This document shows, one piece after another, positions 62,303 to 64,000 of a DNA stretch of 64,000 nt. The stretch lies in the IMG/VR virus record IMGVR_UViG_3300045988_167643; one strand, written 5' to 3'. The notes under the pieces are model-generated. The model saw only the letters and a program-made list of their open reading frames with translations, did not search any database and had not been told where the DNA came from. The position numbers and the translations under genes were made by a program. This DNA is from a virus. The stretch's first letter is position 1, and the number at the start of each line of letters is the position of its first letter.

Positions 62303-63400
62303 TTGGAGAACAATACTAAAAAACAGAGATTATTTAATCTCCCAGAAACAAAAGGTAATTTTATGATCAAAGGTGTAGTTAAGGGAACTAAGAAAGATAA
62401 CTTCTACACAGAAAAACAGACACGTACTGGTAAAGAAATGCGAATTGTAAACTTCGGTCTTGAATATGATGAGGGTCGAGATTTGTACATCGGATTTACA
62501 GGAATTGAGCAGGAGAAAGTTTATTTCTATAAAAAGCCAGAAGAAAAAGGTAAGAAAGGAACATCACAGCCGGTATCCTGGGCAAACAGATTTAAATTTG
62601 CGGAAGACCCAAAGAACGAAGGATTTAGACTTATTGGTAAAAATCTTGGACTTACTAAAGTAACCAATGAAAAAGGCGAACAGGTAAACGATAAAAAAGT
62701 ACTTACCGACTATGATGCTTGTGCCGAGATTCGTAATAATCTTAAAGACGGAGAAAGCGTTTTTGTAAAAGGTAGCATTTCTTATCGCAGTAATCGCGAT
62801 GATAAAGGTAACATCAAACGATACAAATCTATGGAACCATCTCAGATTTCTCTTTGTGCCCCATGTGAATTTGACAGTGAAAAATTTAAAGCTCAGAACA
62901 ACTTCAACCAGGTAATTGTCTTTATGGGAATTGAAAAAGAAGTTGAAAACGACAAAGAAACTGGAAGATATATTATTTCAGGAAAGGTTGTAACTTATTC
63001 AAACATTGAAGATGTTGAATTTATCCTCGACCCTGTTGATGAAAAGCAGAAAAAACTTGCAATGACGTTTAGGAAGAAAGTGAAACCATACTGGGCACTT
63101 AAAGTATCAGGTCATGTACAGGCTTCTGTTCAGGTAGAAGAAGTTGTTGAAGATGATGGTTGGGGAGAAGAGGACGAAATTGAAAAGGTTCCTACTCCTG
63201 TTAAGCGTGAATATATTGTGACTGGTGCCGATCCGACTACTATTGAAAAAGACCTGTATTCTAAGGATGCTATCGAAGAAGCAATGCAGAAGATTAGAAA
63301 TGCTAATAAAGCTGAGGAAAGTTATGGTAGCGATTCTGACGATAGCGGATGGGGAGATAGTAGCCTCGGAGAAGCTGACGAAGAGGATGAAGAGTGGTAA
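62303..63400 (+). CDS. possible single-stranded DNA-binding protein
   Basis: 365 aa; AAGGAGG RBS; TTG start. The strongly acidic C-terminal tail ends in an aromatic residue (GEADEEDEEW), as in phage SSBs; the OB fold was not verified. Confidence 0.4.
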   Translation: MENNTKKQRLFNLPETKGNFMIKGVVKGTKKDNFYTEKQTRTGKEMRIVNFGLEYDEGRDLYIGFTGIEQEKVYFYKKPEEKGKKGTSQPVSWANRFKFAEDPKNEGFRLIGKNLGLTKVTNEKGEQVNDKKVLTDYDACAEIRNNLKDGESVFVKGSISYRSNRDDKGNIKRYKSMEPSQISLCAPCEFDSEKFKAQNNFNQVIVFMGIEKEVENDKETGRYIISGKVVTYSNIEDVEFILDPVDEKQKKLAMTFRKKVKPYWALKVSGHVQASVQVEEVVEDDGWGEEDEIEKVPTPVKREYIVTGADPTTIEKDLYSKDAIEEAMQKIRNANKAEESYGSDSDDSGWGDSSLGEADEEDEEW

Positions 63401-63412
63401 GAGTTGATGTAA

Positions 63413-64000
63413 ATGAGTGATTTTCAGAATAGAGTTGGCGAGGTGTCATATACAAAAAATGGCACCAAAGCCACGATTATTGAATATGTGAATACTCATA
63501 AAATTTTAGTGGAATTTGATGATAAGTATAAGTATCGGTATTGGACAAGTTATGGAAATTTTCAAAGAGGTCAACTTACCAATCCATATGAGTGTAGAAG
63601 TAAAGATGGACTTGGCTTTATAGGTATAGGTGATTACAGCTCTAAAGACCATAAAGTCGCTTATGCAAAATGGAGGGCTATGTTGCAAAGGTGCACAAAT
63701 CCGATGGCAGATAAAAGCACTGAATCATACGTTGAATGCGAAGTCTGTAATGAATGGATGAACTTTCAAAATTTTGCAAAATGGTATTGCGAGAATGAAT
63801 ATTCTTGCAATAATGAACCGCTATGCGTTGATAAAGATATTTTGATTCATGGAAATAAAATATACTCATCAGACACATGCATATTAGTTCCGCAACGAAT
63901 AAATTTGTTGTTTATCAAAGAATACGCAAGACGCGGAGATCTGCCTATTGGAGTTCAAAAGCATACAAGCGATGGAAAATATGCATCAGTTTTATCTACA
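63413..64000 (+). CDS. putative free-standing homing endonuclease (HNH/AP2-type), 3' partial
   Basis: Open from ATG 63413 to the window end (196 codons, absent from the track because there is no stop). Blocks YAKWRAMLQRC, VCNEWMNFQNFAKWY and CVDKDIL..GNKIYSSDTCILVPQRIN resemble phage homing endonucleases (from memory). Confidence 0.4.
   Translation, partial: MSDFQNRVGEVSYTKNGTKATIIEYVNTHKILVEFDDKYKYRYWTSYGNFQRGQLTNPYECRSKDGLGFIGIGDYSSKDHKVAYAKWRAMLQRCTNPMADKSTESYVECEVCNEWMNFQNFAKWYCENEYSCNNEPLCVDKDILIHGNKIYSSDTCILVPQRINLLFIKEYARRGDLPIGVQKHTSDGKYASVLST

Overview
The window is AT-rich and densely packed, and almost every gene is on the + strand. It holds about 110 mostly small ORFs with frequent 1-11 nt start/stop overlaps. 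This layout fits the early/accessory region of a large phage or prophage, probably of a Firmicutes (Clostridia-like) host. No capsid, tail, terminase or integrase genes are recognisable here.

Recognisable content:
- **RNA-guided nuclease locus:** a 5-repeat CRISPR mini-array (4670-4968), an anti-repeat-containing non-coding scaffold, and a REC-less PLMP-RuvC-HNH IscB-type nuclease (5213-6952). No adaptation genes are visible.
- **Replication:** an AEP primase-polymerase-like protein next to an iteron-rich intergenic region.
- **Nucleotide metabolism and membrane genes:** a vWA protein, a divergent PurA-family (PurZ-like?) enzyme, LemA, a PspA-like protein and an SPFH protein.
- **RNA repair:** a Pnkp-type kinase-phosphatase-ligase, an RlaP-like nucleotidyltransferase and a CCA-adding enzyme.
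- **DNA modification:** two orphan DNA methyltransferases.
- **Ion/stress module:** a P2-type P-type ATPase followed by three TerD paralogues.
- **Possible counter-defence:** a PARG-like macrodomain gene coupled to a metallophosphoesterase and followed by an AAA+ ATPase.
- **tRNA island (57-60.6 kb):** an ORF-poor stretch with three canonical tRNAs (Gln-UUG, Met/Ile2-CAU, Leu-UAG, none encoding CCA) and several non-canonical tRNA-like elements.
- **Opposite strand:** three small genes, two of which look like type I toxins.

The most interesting candidate is the phage-borne CRISPR-associated IscB with a hard-wired single-guide-like junction. All functional calls come from motifs read by eye. 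No database search was run.
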